Under the pieces are notes generated by a model. The model had not been told where the DNA came from. It saw only the letters and a list, made by a program, of their open reading frames with translations, and did no database searches. Shown piece after piece: positions 62,700-64,000 of a stretch of DNA of 64,000 bases. The stretch covers positions 12,524,001-12,588,000 of the forward strand of contig CM068755.1 in the NCBI GenBank assembly GCA_035084275.1, given 5' to 3'. The stretch comes from Hydrolagus colliei (taxonomy: Eukaryota). The stretch's first letter is position 1. Each line of letters begins with the position of its first letter. The translations under genes were made by a program, and so were the position numbers.

Positions 62700-63950
62700 T
62701 CAGTGATGGTTCTGTGGACTACCTGCACTTGTTTTCGTGGATTTGACAATCTATCCTCTGGAGCACCAAGAGTATTCATCAGTTGCAACGAAAAGATAAT
62801 CTCTAAATGGATAAAGTCTATGTCGTTGATGCTTACCTTTTGTCATTGTCGATCAGGCAACTGTGACATATGTGGATGTTGAAAGTTATTGTCAGTATGT
62901 GCAGCCGGACACGTGTTGTAGGCAGTAATCTGCTTTTCCAATGTTTGCAACTGAAGTTGTGACATCTGTTAATCTGTTAGAATGGAGTTGAGGGTTTGCA
63001 TCATCCTTGTCCGGATGCTGCCTGATATTTCAGCAATGACTACTTTCGCTTTACCATCATGAGAGAACCTTTGCATTTGCTATTTTTGTTTTGGATCCAA
63101 CTGCAGCGCTATTTTGTCCCTTAATTAGCAGACATGCACATTATCCATGTGGAGAAACCTTAACATTCATTTCTCATCTCGTATATGTTCTTTCAGTCTG
63201 TTGTACACATTCTGATTGAGTAGGTTTACACTTGCACCAGAGTTTCTCATTACTTTTCAAAGGGGTTTGTTCAGCATGGTTACTTGAACCATCAGTTGTT
63301 TGGGACAGGTTACTCAGCATGTGGCATAAACATATTCACCATCTGTGCTGCATGAATTGAGATCCGTATGGCTTGATTGATTAGTATTGTTCTCTGGCTG
63401 CACCTTATTCACTCCATGCTGTTGTGTGTGTCTTCTCATGAAGACTTGGTCTGTGTTCTTTGCTGTGCATTATCCAGTTGCTTTGAGCAACACAATCTTG
63501 TGAAGTATTTTTGTTACATGCATATCTACAGTATAGTTGTTCTCTGGCAAAACAACGTGCTTATTCCCCTGTGTATTTCCAACATAAATGAAATATTTAT
63601 TTCTCGTTTTTTGTTCCTGTTTGTTGTCTCCATTGGTGCTCAGTTTTTTTTTACAGGTGTTGTGTAACGTTTATGCTGTGTTTGTTCTCCGCCAATATGC
63701 TTGGAATTTCGATGGTCTTTGATGTTTGGCTTACATCCAGCAAATTTTTCACACTCGGTTGCTCAGAAAGAGGTACACCTCACAATACGTTATGATTCAC
63801 ATCTGAGAATTCATGTGCGGTCACTGGTTCTCATTGTTGTAGATGATCTAACTATACACTTATGTCTATCTTGCTTAAACATACAATTTCATACACTATA
63901 TAACAGTTTTACTTTGGCATAAATTGATTCTGAATCGCTTGAATGCTGTA
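62700..63950 (+). mobile_element. Highly decayed Penelope-like ORF (RT to GIY-YIG endonuclease)
   Basis: Motif remnants in the expected order across frameshifts and stops: W..YVVD..FVI (62808-62850; cf. W.RYVDDTF), QSVVHILIE*VYTC (63194-63235), FVQHGY (63266-63283; cf. F..NGY), IPLCISNINE (cf. LPY...SE) and TGVV*RLCC.C...Y (63653 onward; cf. GVVY.I.C..C...YIG). Confidence 0.5.
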
Positions 63951-63954
63951 TCTT

Positions 63955-64000
63955 ACTCCGGAAGATGTGAAAAGCGCCATATCAAATGCAAGGATTATTA
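63955..64000 (+). mobile_element. SINE 3' tail running off the window
   Basis: GAAGATGTGAAAAGCGCCATATCAAATGCAAGGATTATTA, nearly identical to 17123-17161. Confidence 0.9.

Noticed and set aside
968-63922. The short ORFs (60-168 aa) in the ORF track as host genes
   Set aside because: They have the composition expected from random AT-rich DNA, many use non-ATG starts, and none has a recognisable domain except the TE-derived RT fragments. The DNA is eukaryotic and non-coding.

Overview
64 kb of AT-rich, CpG-depleted vertebrate non-coding DNA (large intron or gene desert). The repeat set (DeuSINE/SacSINE1-like and LF-SINE-like tRNA SINEs, SINE tails ending TATATCAAATGCAAGGA(TTA)n, CR1 and L2 LINE fragments, Penelope-like remnants) points to a cartilaginous fish, most likely a holocephalan such as Callorhinchus. 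The species is an inference, and family names come from remembered consensus sequences, not from a search. I recognise no host protein-coding gene, tRNA or rRNA gene, CRISPR array or prokaryotic system. The only ORFs with recognisable homology are decayed reverse-transcriptase fragments (L2 at ~4.0-4.5, 17.2-17.4 and 61.2-61.7 kb; Penelope-like at ~52.0-52.4 and 62.7-63.9 kb). Between the repeats are TE-poor blocks rich in TALE (TGACAG), HOX/PBX, SOX, POU and RFX motifs that look like conserved developmental enhancers. The most notable structures are: (1) an inverted pair of Penelope-type terminal repeats with an intact minimal hammerhead-ribozyme core at 62.4-62.7 kb, next to a decayed Penelope ORF; (2) a ~660 bp foldback with 149 bp arms at ~95% identity, bracketed by an 8 bp direct repeat (50.9-51.6 kb); (3) a 65 nt pre-miRNA-sized hairpin carrying a let-7 seed on its 3' arm (42.24-42.31 kb); (4) seven TGACAG sites in ~525 bp (15.1-15.6 kb). 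Repeat boundaries were read by eye and are approximate.
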